A DNA stretch of 64,000 nucleotides from Gemmatimonadaceae bacterium (lineage in GTDB: Bacteria; Gemmatimonadota; Gemmatimonadetes; Gemmatimonadales; Gemmatimonadaceae), in contig JBHYGA010000001.1 in NCBI GenBank assembly GCA_051859245.1, positions 1,661,722 through 1,725,721 of the forward strand, written 5' to 3'. The notes under the pieces are model-generated. The model saw nothing but the letters and a program-made list of their open reading frames with translations. It was not told the DNA's origin and did no database searches. A program made the translations under genes and the position numbers. Every line of letters begins with the position of its first letter. Position 1 is the first letter of the stretch. Positions 49,944 to 62,983 of the stretch are shown here, piece after piece.

Positions 49944-50708
49944 ATGTTGCGCACACCGATTTTCGCCGCGAACTGGAAACTGAATCATGGCCCCAGCGAC
50001 GCGCGTGCGTTCATGCAGCGATTCATCTCGCAGACCCCGCGTCAATCTGATCGTACGTTGCTGTTCTTTCCGCCCGCACTCTCCATTGCCGCCGTGATCG
50101 ACGCCACGCGCGAACGTCCCGACGTGCTCGTGGGCGTGCAAAACGTGCACGCCGAATCACACGGGGCGTTTACGGGCGAGAACTCGGTCGCCATGGCGCG
50201 TGACGCGGGCGCACGCGCGGTGCTGGTTGGCCACTCGGAGCGACGCCACGTGTTTGGCGAGAGCGACGAAGCCACGAGCAAGAAAGTGCGATTGGCCGTT
50301 GACGCGCACCTTGTTCCCATGTTGTGCGTTGGCGAGAAGCTCGAGGAGCGCGAAGCGGGCGCCACGGAAACGGTGGTGTTGCGGCAGCTGGTCGCCGGCC
50401 TCGCGTTGCTCACGGACGCTGAGGTCGCCGGCATCATGTTGGCGTACGAACCGGTGTGGGCGATTGGAACGGGCCGCACCGCGACGCCGCAGGATGCATC
50501 GGCTATTCACGCCGTGCTTCGGACAGCGCTGCGTGCGCGCATTGGCGACAAGGCGGCGCAGGTCCCCATCTGCTACGGCGGGTCCGTGAACCGCGGCAAC
50601 GCCGAATCACTGCTGTCCTCGCCCGATGTGGATGGCCTGCTCGTGGGCGGCGCCAGTCTCGACGCCGACGGCTGGAGCGCCATCACGCGCTCGGCGATCG
50701 GCCGCTGA
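49944..50708 (+). CDS. tpiA: Triosephosphate isomerase
   Basis: ANWK, GHSERR, AYEPVWAIGTG, YGGSV and LVGGASL. Confidence 0.98.
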   Translation: MLRTPIFAANWKLNHGPSDARAFMQRFISQTPRQSDRTLLFFPPALSIAAVIDATRERPDVLVGVQNVHAESHGAFTGENSVAMARDAGARAVLVGHSERRHVFGESDEATSKKVRLAVDAHLVPMLCVGEKLEEREAGATETVVLRQLVAGLALLTDAEVAGIMLAYEPVWAIGTGRTATPQDASAIHAVLRTALRARIGDKAAQVPICYGGSVNRGNAESLLSSPDVDGLLVGGASLDADGWSAITRSAIGR

Positions 50709-50868
50709 ACGCGACGCGCGCGTGGCGCATTCAACCAGTTGCAATAACTTGGCTTGGCCCTTGCGCTGCAGGGGCTAAACCGACGAACTTTCAAGGCTAA
50801 CGCTGCTTCTTTCGGCGCGCCGGGTCGTCTCTCGACCTCGCTCTGACTCGCATCTGAATTCCCGCGAC

Positions 50869-51285
50869 ATGTACACGCTGCTCCTTTCGATTCTCATCCT
50901 CGACGCCCTTCTTCTCGGCGTTGTGATCCTGCTGCAGTCCGGCAAGGGCGGCGGACTTGCTGCCAGTTTCGGCGGTGCGAGCTCGTCGTCGGATTCGCTC
51001 ATCGGCACGCGCCAGGCCGGCAACCTGCTCACCAAGCTCTCCTGGTGGTGCGGTGGCCTGTTTCTGTTCCTCGCGTTCGTGCTGCAGCTCATGTCAGCGC
51101 GTTCAGCGGTCCCCACGTCGGTGCTTGATCGTCTCTCGGCACCCGTAACCGAACCGGCCACCGTGCCGCCCAGCGGCTCCGCGCCGGCGCTGCCGTTGGA
51201 TGCGCCCGCAACGACGCCGCCCGCAACGACGCCGCCAGCAACGCCGCCAGCGACGCCGCCGGCCACCACGCCTCCTTCTAACTGA
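50869..51285 (+). CDS. secG: Preprotein translocase subunit SecG
   Basis: [14 protein letters not shown]...LTKLSW, two TM helices and position after tpiA. Confidence 0.93.
   Translation: MYTLLLSILILDALLLGVVILLQSGKGGGLAASFGGASSSSDSLIGTRQAGNLLTKLSWWCGGLFLFLAFVLQLMSARSAVPTSVLDRLSAPVTEPATVPPSGSAPALPLDAPATTPPATTPPATPPATPPATTPPSN
51205..51276 (+). repeat. Tandem 12-15 bp coding repeat (PPAT/PPATT x5) in the SecG tail
   Basis: CCCGCAACGACGCCG occurs twice exactly, followed by degenerate copies. Confidence 0.8.
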
Positions 51286-51299
51286 CGGCGCGGCAGACG

Positions 51300-52415
51300 G
51301 TGGGCACACTTCCGCCGGAAGGGTTCCTCCTCCTCGAGGACGGGACCCTTTTTGCAGGCCGCCTCGTCGGCCCCGCTGGACCAACTGTCGCTGAAGTCGT
51401 GTTCACCACGAACATGACAGGCTATCAGGAAGTCTTCAGCGATCCGTCGTACAATGCGCAGATCGTCGTGATGACGGCGCCAATGATCGGCAACTATGGC
51501 GTCAACGCCGAAGACGGCGAGTCGTCGCAGCCCCAGATCGCGGGCGCCATTGTGCGCGAACTGTCGCGCACGTATTCAAACTGGCGGGCCACGGGATCAC
51601 TCACCGATTGGTTGGGTGAGGCCAACGTGCCAGTGCTCACCGATGTGGACACGCGTCGTCTGGCCATGCATTTGCGCGAAGGCGGCGTGATGCGCGGCGT
51701 GATCGCTGCGGGCACGACACCGAATGCCGAGGCACTCGCGGCACTGGGCGGATGCCCGTCCATGGTGGGACTGGATCTCGCATCCGTCGTGTCTACGCGG
51801 GAATCGTACGCGTGGGGCAGTGCGCAGCATCCGTATCACGTGGTCGCGTACGATTTCGGGGTCAAGCGAAACATCCTGCGCTTGTTCGATGCGCACGGCG
51901 TGCGAGTGACCGTGGTGCCGAGCAATACGCCGTCTGCTGATGTGCTCGCCATGAATCCTGACGGCGTCTTTTTGTCAAACGGCCCGGGTGATCCGGAGGC
52001 CGTCACATACGCGCCGCCGGCTATTCGTGAGCTCGCCGCGCAGGGCACGCCGATGTTCGGTATCTGCCTGGGTCACCAGCTGCTCGGTCTGTCGTTCGGC
52101 GGCCACACCACCAAGATGCCCTTTGGGCATCGCGGCGGAAATCAGCCGGTGAAGGACCTCATGTCGGGCAAGGTGCTGATCACCTCGCAGAACCACGGCT
52201 TTGCGGTGGCCGGTTCTGAGGCGGAGGGCATCACAGGTGCACCGTCACTTGAGGTGACACACGTCAACCTCAATGATGGCACCGTCGAAGGGCTGCGGCA
52301 TCGCGAATTGCCGATCTTCGGGGTGCAATACCATCCGGAAGCGGCCCCGGGACCGCACGATGCTGTTCCGCACTTCAATGAGTTTCTTGAGGCGTTGAAG
52401 TCGGCTCGCGTGTGA
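51300..52415 (+). CDS. carA: Carbamoyl-phosphate synthase small subunit
   Basis: [42 protein letters not shown] and QYHPEA. Confidence 0.97.
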   Translation: MGTLPPEGFLLLEDGTLFAGRLVGPAGPTVAEVVFTTNMTGYQEVFSDPSYNAQIVVMTAPMIGNYGVNAEDGESSQPQIAGAIVRELSRTYSNWRATGSLTDWLGEANVPVLTDVDTRRLAMHLREGGVMRGVIAAGTTPNAEALAALGGCPSMVGLDLASVVSTRESYAWGSAQHPYHVVAYDFGVKRNILRLFDAHGVRVTVVPSNTPSADVLAMNPDGVFLSNGPGDPEAVTYAPPAIRELAAQGTPMFGICLGHQLLGLSFGGHTTKMPFGHRGGNQPVKDLMSGKVLITSQNHGFAVAGSEAEGITGAPSLEVTHVNLNDGTVEGLRHRELPIFGVQYHPEAAPGPHDAVPHFNEFLEALKSARV

Positions 52416-52443
52416 TCGCCCCAACTGCTTGTGCCCCAAGAGC

Positions 52444-52472
52444 TTGACTGTAGCGAGCTGAGGCCATAGGTT
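52444..52472 (+). promoter_or_regulatory. sigma70 promoter of the HU/IHF gene
   Basis: TTGACT-N17-TAGGTT. Confidence 0.75.
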
Positions 52473-52558
52473 CGCTTCTCCCGGGCGTGACGTGCTTTTT
52501 CTGACGCTCGCCCCCCGCGCTGAGATTCCGCTTGGCGCGCTGCCCTCTGGAAGAGCTC

Positions 52559-52942
52559 ATGACGAAAGCCGATCTGGTGGAAAACGTCACGGCGCGAATC
52601 GCGCGGACCGCTGGTCCGACGATTTCGAAGAAAGACTGCGCCCGTGTCGTTGACGCCTTTCTCGATGCCATCAAGGACGCGCTCGCCGAGCAAAAGAACA
52701 TCGAGGTGCGCGGTTTTGGCACCTTCAAGATCCGGCAGCGCAAAACGCGCATGGCGCGCAATCCGCGCACCGGTTCGCCAGTTGAGGTGTCTGCCCGCCC
52801 GGTTCCCGTCTTCAAGCCCTCAAAAGAGCTGCGTACGCTCGTGGCCGATGCCGACGAAGCGCTTGAGCTCGCCGAAAAGGCCGCCGCAGAAGCGGCCCAG
52901 CTTCGCATTGGCGGCCCGCGAAGCGATCTGGATCCGCGCTGA
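52559..52942 (+). CDS. HU/IHF family DNA-binding protein
   Basis: MTKADLV, IEVRGFGTF, ARNPRTG and PVFKPSKEL. Confidence 0.95.
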   Translation: MTKADLVENVTARIARTAGPTISKKDCARVVDAFLDAIKDALAEQKNIEVRGFGTFKIRQRKTRMARNPRTGSPVEVSARPVPVFKPSKELRTLVADADEALELAEKAAAEAAQLRIGGPRSDLDPR

Positions 52943-52969
52943 TTCCTGGGTGCTTTGGCGCGGCTCGCA

Positions 52970-53000
52970 CGGCCCTGACAGCGATTGTCGGGGCCGTTTT
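52970..53000 (+). terminator. Intrinsic terminator after HU/IHF
   Basis: CGGCCCTGACA-GCGAT-TGTCGGGGCCG followed by TTTT. Confidence 0.8.
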
Positions 53001-53046
53001 GCGTTGTCGAACCATTTCGCGATGGAACGACTAGTATCTTGAAGCC

Positions 53047-53289
53047 ATGCCTGTCCCCGTACTCGTTTTCGCCTCCTACGCCGACGCGTTCGGTGCCCGC
53101 ACGGTCTCGGTGCCCGTGGAGGCGCCGTGTACCGTCGCTGATGTGGTCGACGCCATGCGCACACTCAAGGGCGGGGAACGGCTTCCCAGCAAGCCGGTCG
53201 TGGCCGTAAACCAGAGTTACGCCCGATTTGATGCACCGGTGCGCGTGGGCGACGAAGTCGCGCTGATTCCACCCGTGGCGGGTGGGTAG
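53047..53289 (+). CDS. moaD: Molybdopterin synthase sulfur carrier
   Basis: Ubiquitin-like, with VAVNQ and GDEVALIPPVAGG C-terminus. Confidence 0.95.
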   Translation: MPVPVLVFASYADAFGARTVSVPVEAPCTVADVVDAMRTLKGGERLPSKPVVAVNQSYARFDAPVRVGDEVALIPPVAGG

Positions 53290-53291
53290 TC

Positions 53292-53741
53292 GTGACCGCG
53301 CCGTGGGTGGAGATCACCACCGAGCCGATCGACCTGCACACGCTGGTCGCGGCTGTTCAGCATAGTGGCGTGGGCGCCATTTCCACGTTCCTGGGCACGG
53401 TACGCGACGTCAACGATGGCCAATCGGTCACCGGGATCGACTACGAAGCCTATCAACCGATGGCCGAACGCGAGATGCAGTTGATCGCCAATGAAGTCAT
53501 CGCGCGGTGGCCCGGTCTGCGTGTGGCGATTGTCCACCGCGTTGGCACGTTGCAAGTGGGCGAGGTGAGCGTAGCGATTGCGTGCGCGCATGCACGTCGC
53601 GCGCCCTCCGCGGATGCAATGCGTGAAGCCATTGAAGCGCTCAAGGTGCGCGTGCCGATCTGGAAACGCGAGCATTATGTGAATGGCGATTGGACGTGGG
53701 TGGACCCCACGCGTCCTGCGGTGGCATCGGAGACCGCATGA
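53292..53741 (+). CDS. moaE: Molybdopterin synthase catalytic subunit
   Basis: GAISTFLGTVR, YEAY, HRVG.L.VGE and LK..VPIWKRE. Confidence 0.95.
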   Translation: MTAPWVEITTEPIDLHTLVAAVQHSGVGAISTFLGTVRDVNDGQSVTGIDYEAYQPMAEREMQLIANEVIARWPGLRVAIVHRVGTLQVGEVSVAIACAHARRAPSADAMREAIEALKVRVPIWKREHYVNGDWTWVDPTRPAVASETA

Positions 53742-54748
53742 GCGACACACCAGACGCGCCGGTGGCGCCAGTCACCCTGCGTGATCAGTTCGGCCGTGGA
53801 ATCGAGTACTTGCGCATTTCGGTCACCGATCGCTGCAACTTTCGCTGCGTGTACTGCATGCCGCTCGAAGGGCTGCCGTGGCTGCCCAAGCACGACATCC
53901 TGCGCTACGAAGAGATCGTCGAAGTGGTGCGACAGCTCGCACCGCTCGGATTGCGTCGACTGCGGCTGACCGGCGGTGAACCCACGATTCGTCCGCAGCT
54001 CACGTCGCTCGTGCGCATGCTGCGCGCGGTGCCGGGAATTGAAGACATCGCGCTTTCAACCAATGGCGTGAAGCTGCCCGAACTGGCCGAGCCACTGGCG
54101 CAGGCCGGACTTGATCGCGTGAACATCAGCGCCGATTCGCTCCGTGCCGATCGTGTGCTGGCCATCGCGCGACGTGATCTGGGATTTGACGTGATCACTG
54201 CCGCGCAGGCTGCCACCAGGGCTGGACTCGCACCGATCAAGATCAATGTCGTTGTGATGCGTGGAATCAATGACGACGAAGTGCGCGACTTCGCGGCGCT
54301 CACCCGCGACAATCCGTGGCACGTGCGATTCATTGAGCTGATGCCCGTGGGTGATCTGCGCGAGCTTACGTGGGATCACGTCGTGCCCACAACGGAGATC
54401 CTGCAGCGCATCTCCGATCTGGGCGTGCTGAGTGATGACGCCGGCCCAACACGCGGCAACGGACCCGCTCGATACTATCGTTTGCCTTCCGCAGCTGGCA
54501 CGATTGGCGTGATTACGCCCATGACGCACACCTACTGCGAATCGTGCAACCGCGTGCGGCTTACCGCTGATGGCCGGTTGCGCACGTGTCTCTTCGGCGA
54601 TCATGAAGTGTCACTGCGCGAGGCAATCCGCAGCGGCGCACCGCTTGAGCCACTCTTTCGCAAGGCGCTCGCCGAGAAGCCCTTGCGTCACGAACTGCTG
54701 CAAATGCAGGTGGGTGGGCTTCGCGCGCTGAGCCAGGTTGGCGGCTAG
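53738..54748 (+). CDS. moaA: GTP 3',8-cyclase (radical SAM)
   Basis: YLRISVTDRCNFRCVYC, LTGGEP, CESCNRVRLT...C and C-terminal GG. ATGA overlap. Confidence 0.96.
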   Translation: MSDTPDAPVAPVTLRDQFGRGIEYLRISVTDRCNFRCVYCMPLEGLPWLPKHDILRYEEIVEVVRQLAPLGLRRLRLTGGEPTIRPQLTSLVRMLRAVPGIEDIALSTNGVKLPELAEPLAQAGLDRVNISADSLRADRVLAIARRDLGFDVITAAQAATRAGLAPIKINVVVMRGINDDEVRDFAALTRDNPWHVRFIELMPVGDLRELTWDHVVPTTEILQRISDLGVLSDDAGPTRGNGPARYYRLPSAAGTIGVITPMTHTYCESCNRVRLTADGRLRTCLFGDHEVSLREAIRSGAPLEPLFRKALAEKPLRHELLQMQVGGLRALSQVGG

Positions 54749-54877
54749 TCACGCTGTCATCCGTTCGCGCCGCGCGTACACGCTACCGCGGCGAGGCCGC
54801 GCCGCAGCACCGCGTAGGACCGAACGGTCCGAGCTTCGACGCGCACAAATCTGAACGGCCACAAGCGTGCTGTGCAA

Positions 54878-54906
54878 TTGCTGCACTCGGTGTACGTCCC
54901 TAAGTT
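54878..54906 (+). promoter_or_regulatory. sigma70 promoter of mdh-sdhCAB
   Basis: TTGCTG-N17-TAAGTT. Confidence 0.6.
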
Positions 54907-54955
54907 GGACAGGATAGGGCCTAAGGCAACAACACCGTTTCCACTCACGGACTAA

Positions 54956-55891
<936 letters not shown>

Positions 55892-55957
55892 TCTGATATA
55901 GCGCTCACCGGCCCGGGCCCCGCACGAGCGGGCCCACCCGGGCCCACCACTCGATAA

Positions 55958-56650
55958 ATGGCTTATCTCGCTCGATTCTGGGATAGCACGATCGGCAAGA
56001 AGATCGTGATGGCAGTAACGGGTATCATCGGCGTTGGTTTTGTGCTCGGCCACATGTCGGGCAACTTCCTGATGTTCAAGGGCGCCGAGGCAATGCATGA
56101 GTACGCACTCCTTCTGCGTACGAGCATGCCGTTGTTGTATGTGGTGCGTGCGGTGCTGGTGCTGGCCGTCATTCTGCACGCATTGGCAGCCTACCAACTC
56201 ACGATGCGGTCACGCGCGGCGCGTCCGGAAGGCTATGCGATGGTCAAGCCGCAGGTGACCACGTTTGCGGCGCGCACGATTCGCTGGGGCGGCGTGCTGC
56301 TGCTCGTGTTCATCGTCTTTCACATTGCGCAGATCACGCTGGGCTGGGTGGCGGTGCCGAATTTTGTGCACCTTGATCCCTACAACAACTTGCGCAATGG
56401 CCTGAGCAATCCGCTCATCGCCGGCTTCTACATTCTCGCGATGGCAGCGCTCGGCCTGCATCTGTTCCACGGCACATGGGCCGTGGTGCGCACGCTTGGT
56501 GTTGCGCGTCCGTCGCAGCATCCGCTCAAGCGCCGAGCGGCCCTGTTGATCGCTGTGGTTGTGGCGGTTGGATTCGCCGTGATCCCGATCGCCGTGCTGG
56601 CTGGCGCTTTTCCCGAAGCACCCTCCCCAGTGATGACGGAGGGACACTGA
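55958..56650 (+). CDS. sdhC: Succinate dehydrogenase/fumarate reductase cytochrome b subunit
   Basis: [13 protein letters not shown], four heme-ligating His in 5 TM helices and position upstream of sdhA. Confidence 0.92.
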   Translation: MAYLARFWDSTIGKKIVMAVTGIIGVGFVLGHMSGNFLMFKGAEAMHEYALLLRTSMPLLYVVRAVLVLAVILHALAAYQLTMRSRAARPEGYAMVKPQVTTFAARTIRWGGVLLLVFIVFHIAQITLGWVAVPNFVHLDPYNNLRNGLSNPLIAGFYILAMAALGLHLFHGTWAVVRTLGVARPSQHPLKRRAALLIAVVVAVGFAVIPIAVLAGAFPEAPSPVMTEGH

Positions 56651-56651
56651 G

Positions 56652-58567
<1,916 letters not shown>

Positions 58568-58568
<1 letters not shown>

Positions 58569-59341
58569 TGCGACTGACACTGCACGTGTGGCGACAGAGC
58601 GGTGCAAACACGGCTGGCAACATCGAGATCTATCCGGTGGATGGAATCGAAGCCGATATGTCGTTCCTCGAGATGCTCGATGTGCTCAACGAGAAGCTCG
58701 CCAACGAGGGCAAAGAGCCCATCGAGTTTGCGCACGATTGCCGCGAGGGGATTTGCGGCTCGTGTGCGCTGATGATCAACGGTACGGCGCATGGTCCGTG
58801 GAAAGGTGCGACCACGTGTCAGTTGCACATGCGCGCCTTTAAGGACGGCGATCAGATCTGGGTTGAGCCGTGGCGCGCGAAAGCGTTTCCAATGATCAAG
58901 GATCTGGTGGTCGATCGCAGTGCGTTCGATCGCATCATTCAGGCCGGCGGATATGTGTCGGTCAACACCGGTGGCGCGCGTGACGCCAACGAGATTCTGA
59001 TCGGCAAGGAAGTGGTGGACGAGTCAATGGACGCGGCGGCGTGCATTGGCTGCGGCGCGTGTGTGGCCGCGTGTCCAAATGCCTCGGCGTCGTTGTTCAC
59101 GGGCGCCAAGATTACGCATCTGGGCCTTTTGCCGCAGGGGCAGCCAGAACGTGATCGCCGCGCCATTGCGATGGTCGAGCAAATGGATATTGAAGGCTTC
59201 GGTCACTGCACGCTCACCGGAGAGTGTCAGGAAGCCTGTCCGAAAGAGATTTCGATTGACGTGATCAAGCGCATGAATCGCGACTATGCGGTGGCAGCGG
59301 CACGATACGTTGAGCCAAAGGAGACAGCTGGCGCGGGGTGA
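58568..59341 (+). CDS. sdhB: Succinate dehydrogenase/fumarate reductase iron-sulfur subunit
   Basis: [20 protein letters not shown] and [17 protein letters not shown] overlap. Confidence 0.96.
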
Positions 59342-59572
59342 CCCAATCAAAGATTTTTTCTTGGGTGTCTGCAGAGTAGTTCGATTTGGTGGCGCCGAGC
59401 GCGTGAGTCAGAATTGAGGGGCGGTGCCGTTGCACCGATTCACTCTTTCGCTCCCGGAGAAGTCATGCGTGCTCGTCTCCCATATCGGACGCCTCGCCAG
59501 CTTTACCTGCGCCCTGTAAGGCGCGTTCAGCATCCCGCTCATGTGCATCACGAACGGATCGAAGAGTACCAC

Positions 59573-59950
59573 ATGACCGTTGCGAATCTGGCGCATGAAA
59601 TGGTGACCGTGCCGCGCGTCAAGTCTGGTACCGCGCTGTACGATCTCACGACCTCGGCCATCAGCGCCACGCTGGACCAGATCGCGGACGGGCTGACGGC
59701 CGCCAGCCGCGAACTGGAGCTGCTGCTAGAATCGCTGTCGGCCGAAACACGCCGAGAGAACGTGTATGCCATTGCCATGCTTTCGCGGGCGCATGACGAC
59801 TGTTGTAAGGAGCTGGCCGAAGCGGGAGATGCGCTGCGCACCGGAACGGCCGTGCACGTGCGTGTCCGACTCGCGCGTTTGTTCGCGGCGGTTGGTCGCG
59901 CGGAACAGGCGCACTTCTACCTGCGCAGTGCGCTCACAACGGCTGCGTAA
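59573..59950 (+). CDS. Hypothetical helical protein
   Basis: The 3' part of ORF 59414..59950 has host-like codon usage. Start codon uncertain (59465 or 59573). Confidence 0.5.
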   Translation: MTVANLAHEMVTVPRVKSGTALYDLTTSAISATLDQIADGLTAASRELELLLESLSAETRRENVYAIAMLSRAHDDCCKELAEAGDALRTGTAVHVRVRLARLFAAVGRAEQAHFYLRSALTTAA

Positions 59951-59953
59951 CGC

Positions 59954-60862
59954 TCAGTCCGCGAATGTTTGCTGGGTGATGGCGTCAATCAGCCTGGAGC
60001 CGGCGCTATCGATCTTGCGGTCAAGCGCTACGGCGTAGTACATGATGCGGGCGCCTTCCACGGCGCCAACCTCGCGCAGGCCGTAGCGCGTTCTCGCCTC
60101 CGCGGCCATCGCCGAAGGCAACGCCATCAGCCCGAGCCCTGATCGGCACAGCTCTTTGAGCAGCGCGCTGTCGTCCACTTCGGCCACGATGCGTGGGCGC
60201 AGCCCTTCCACCGTGAGCCATGCCTCGAGCGCGTGTCGCAGCACCGTGCCCTCAGGCGGCATCAACATCGGGGCGCCCTGAAGTGACTGGGGAAAACCGC
60301 GGCCGTGTACACGTGCGAGCTCTGGGCTGGCAAACAAGGCGACGTCGGACGCACCAAGCGCGTGCGCCCGACCGGTCATGCGGCCGGTCGCGGGGGCATC
60401 GAGCAAGACCACGTCGAGCGCGTGGTCATCCAGCAAGGCGAGCAACGATTCGGGGGTACCCTCACGCACCACCAGCTTGGGCGCTTCAGTCAGCTGCAGT
60501 GCAGGCAGCAAAAAGCGATGCACCAGCAGTTTCGGAATTCCGTCGGTAACACCGACCCGAAGCGAGGGTGAACGTCCGGTGGGCAACCCGGAGAACGCGT
60601 CATGCACTTCGCGCTCAAGCGAGAATACCTCCTCCGCGAAACGAAACAGCAGATGGCCGGCCTCGGTGAGCTGCCGATCACGTCCCTCGCCCTCAAAGAG
60701 GGTCGCTCCGATCGTGCGTTCGAACTGCCGCAGCTGCGAGCTCACTGTGGGCTGCGTCAGATTGAGAATGCGCGAGGCGGCGGAAATACTGCCGACGCGC
60801 GCAACAGTCCAGAAGTACCGCAGGTGGTTGTAGTTGACGGAGCTGAACACGTGTGCAGTCAC
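59954..60862 (-). CDS. LysR family transcriptional regulator, NhaR-like
   Basis: NYNHLRYFWTVAR.GSI..AS..L.LTQPTVSSQL HTH, LRVGVTDGIPKLLV and EVDDSALLK. Confidence 0.88.
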   Translation of the reverse strand: MTAHVFSSVNYNHLRYFWTVARVGSISAASRILNLTQPTVSSQLRQFERTIGATLFEGEGRDRQLTEAGHLLFRFAEEVFSLEREVHDAFSGLPTGRSPSLRVGVTDGIPKLLVHRFLLPALQLTEAPKLVVREGTPESLLALLDDHALDVVLLDAPATGRMTGRAHALGASDVALFASPELARVHGRGFPQSLQGAPMLMPPEGTVLRHALEAWLTVEGLRPRIVAEVDDSALLKELCRSGLGLMALPSAMAAEARTRYGLREVGAVEGARIMYYAVALDRKIDSAGSRLIDAITQQTFAD

Positions 60863-60950
60863 GCAGTCATGGTGGCGTCTGACAAGATTGGCGGACCCGG
60901 AACTCTCTCGTCACAAGCTATACCGAGCGAAGCGGACCCGCGATATGCTC

Positions 60951-62060
60951 CTACGCGCGCCACGGCGCCGCCGCCGGCTTTGCAATCAGGTAGCCTTGCA
61001 CGAACTTCGCACCGTGCTCGCGCACCCAATCCAACTCGCCCTGCGTCTCGATCCCCTCGGCGAGCGCGTCAATGCCCAATGACGTGGCCACGTCGAGCAG
61101 ATTTGCGGCAATGCGCGCTTTGTACGGATCCTCGTCCACGCCACGCACGAGCTCCATGTCAAGCTTGAGGACGTCGGGACGCAGCAGATGAATCAGGTTG
61201 AGCGACGAGTAACCCGATCCCACGTCGTCGAGCGCAATACGGAAGCCGGCGCCGCGATAGTAGTCAAGAATGCGACGCAGGTGCGCGGGATCGTGCGCAC
61301 GTTCCGTTTCCACGATCTCAAAGACCACATTGCTTCGTTCAATGCCTGCGGTGTCAATCGCGGCGACGGTGCTGCGCAGGCAGGAGGCAGGATCATAAAT
61401 CGCGGTTGGCGCGAAGTTGACGAACAGCTTGCCCTGGAGCGCATGCGACGCGGCGTTGGCGATTGCAGAGCGTCGTGCCGCGAGATCCAGCTGAAACATC
61501 AGGCCAGCGCCGCGAGCCGTGTCGAACAAGTGAGACGGCGATACGAGCGACCCGTCTGCTGCGACTCCGCGTAGCAGGGCCTCGTGTCCGTACACCAACG
61601 CCGGATCGCCCGCGTGCACAATGGGTTGAAAGTACGAAGTAATGCGGCGCTCCTGCATCATCGCGAGCAGCCAACCACTGCGCACGCGGACCACGAGGCG
61701 CGAGAGTGGTTCAACCCGCGCCAGATCGCTGGGCGAAGGCGCAACATCGGGTGCGCAGAGCAGCGCGCGCGTGTCTTCGCGTTCGATCGTGGACAATCCC
61801 GATTCGATTGCCGCCGCGACGGCCTCGCGTTCGCTTTCGCAGAAACGAAATTTGAGGCCATCCGCAACGGTTCCCTGAATCTCGATATGCAGTCCGCGAA
61901 GGATCGCGCGCGCCTTGCCCGCGACATGCGGGGCGGGAAACCAGCAATACATATCGCCCGACATGGAAGCGTCGGTCGGCAGCTGTTCGCAGCGTCCGCA
62001 CGGTCGTGGCACAGCGGCGCCAACGTCGGTCGAATGAATGGGGAGTGCAGAAGCGGTCAC
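60951..62060 (-). CDS. Stand-alone EAL-domain c-di-GMP phosphodiesterase with N-terminal CxxC domain
   Basis: FQPIV, EALLR, FVNF, FEIVE, LDDVGSGYSSL, LKLD, AEGIE and QGY are all intact. Start codon uncertain (GTG 62060 chosen). Confidence 0.85.
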   Translation of the reverse strand: MTASALPIHSTDVGAAVPRPCGRCEQLPTDASMSGDMYCWFPAPHVAGKARAILRGLHIEIQGTVADGLKFRFCESEREAVAAAIESGLSTIEREDTRALLCAPDVAPSPSDLARVEPLSRLVVRVRSGWLLAMMQERRITSYFQPIVHAGDPALVYGHEALLRGVAADGSLVSPSHLFDTARGAGLMFQLDLAARRSAIANAASHALQGKLFVNFAPTAIYDPASCLRSTVAAIDTAGIERSNVVFEIVETERAHDPAHLRRILDYYRGAGFRIALDDVGSGYSSLNLIHLLRPDVLKLDMELVRGVDEDPYKARIAANLLDVATSLGIDALAEGIETQGELDWVREHGAKFVQGYLIAKPAAAPWRA

Positions 62061-62191
62061 GGAACGGTTACTGAAGGCGACGAAGGCACGTATCTGTGCA
62101 GACGTTTCACTCCGCGGCCCGTCACGACCGCAACGCGTCTGCCGAGCCAAAGTCTCGGCAGCGCGTCGCGAATCTTGCGTACTTTGACGCG

Positions 62192-62761
62192 CTAGAGCCG
62201 CGGCAGGGTTACGCCCACCTGGCCCTGATACTTGCCCTTCTTGTCTCCATAGCTCACATCGGGCGGCTCGTCGCCTTCGAAGAAGCACACCTGCGCGATG
62301 CCCTCGTTGGCGTAGATCTTCGCGGGCAGGGGCGTGGTGTTCGAAATTTCGAGCGTCACGTACCCTTCCCACTCCGGCTCGAACGGCGTCACGTTGGTAA
62401 TAATGCCGCAGCGTGCATACGTGCTTTTTCCGACGGTGAGCGTGAGCACGTTCCGCGGAATGCGGAAATACTCCACGCTGCGTGAGAGCGCGAACGAGTT
62501 GGGCGGCACGATGCACACATCACCCTCGTACTCCACGAACGACTTGGGGTCGAACGCCTTGGGATCAACAATGCTGCTCAGCACATTGGTGAAGATGCGG
62601 AATTCATGGCTTACGCGCATATCGTAGCCATACGAACTCACGCCGTAGGAGATCACCGACGGCGCGCCCTCCACATGGCGGACCTGGCGTTCAGCGAATG
62701 GCTCGATCATACCATGTTCGCGGGCCATTTTCGTGATCCAGCGGTCGTTCTTGAGCCCCAT
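62192..62761 (-). CDS. dcd: dCTP deaminase
   Basis: [37 protein letters not shown] and YQGQ. Confidence 0.96.
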   Translation of the reverse strand: MGLKNDRWITKMAREHGMIEPFAERQVRHVEGAPSVISYGVSSYGYDMRVSHEFRIFTNVLSSIVDPKAFDPKSFVEYEGDVCIVPPNSFALSRSVEYFRIPRNVLTLTVGKSTYARCGIITNVTPFEPEWEGYVTLEISNTTPLPAKIYANEGIAQVCFFEGDEPPDVSYGDKKGKYQGQVGVTLPRL

Positions 62762-62940
62762 CGGAGTTCGGAGACAGAAGGTGAGAAGAAAAAGGCGAGG
62801 CCTCGGACGTTGGCGGCCAAGTTACCCACAGGCACCGAGCGCCGCCAACCGCACTTCCACCTGATTCGCTGAGGCCGCAAAATAGGACCAGCTGGTCCGG
62901 CTCAGCAGCCCTGCAATTGCCTGTCAGTAATGGAGTTGCA

Positions 62941-62969
62941 TTGAGTGCTGATGGTCCGGTTGCTAGCTT
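62941..62969 (+). promoter_or_regulatory. sigma70 promoter of the nuo operon
   Basis: TTGAGT-N17-TAGCTT. Confidence 0.65.
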
Positions 62970-62983
62970 CCGATATTCGAGTC

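Noticed and set aside
62061..62516. N-terminal extension of the 521-aa EAL ORF
   Set aside because: It overlaps dcd in another frame and reads as non-protein-like. The real start is probably near 62060.
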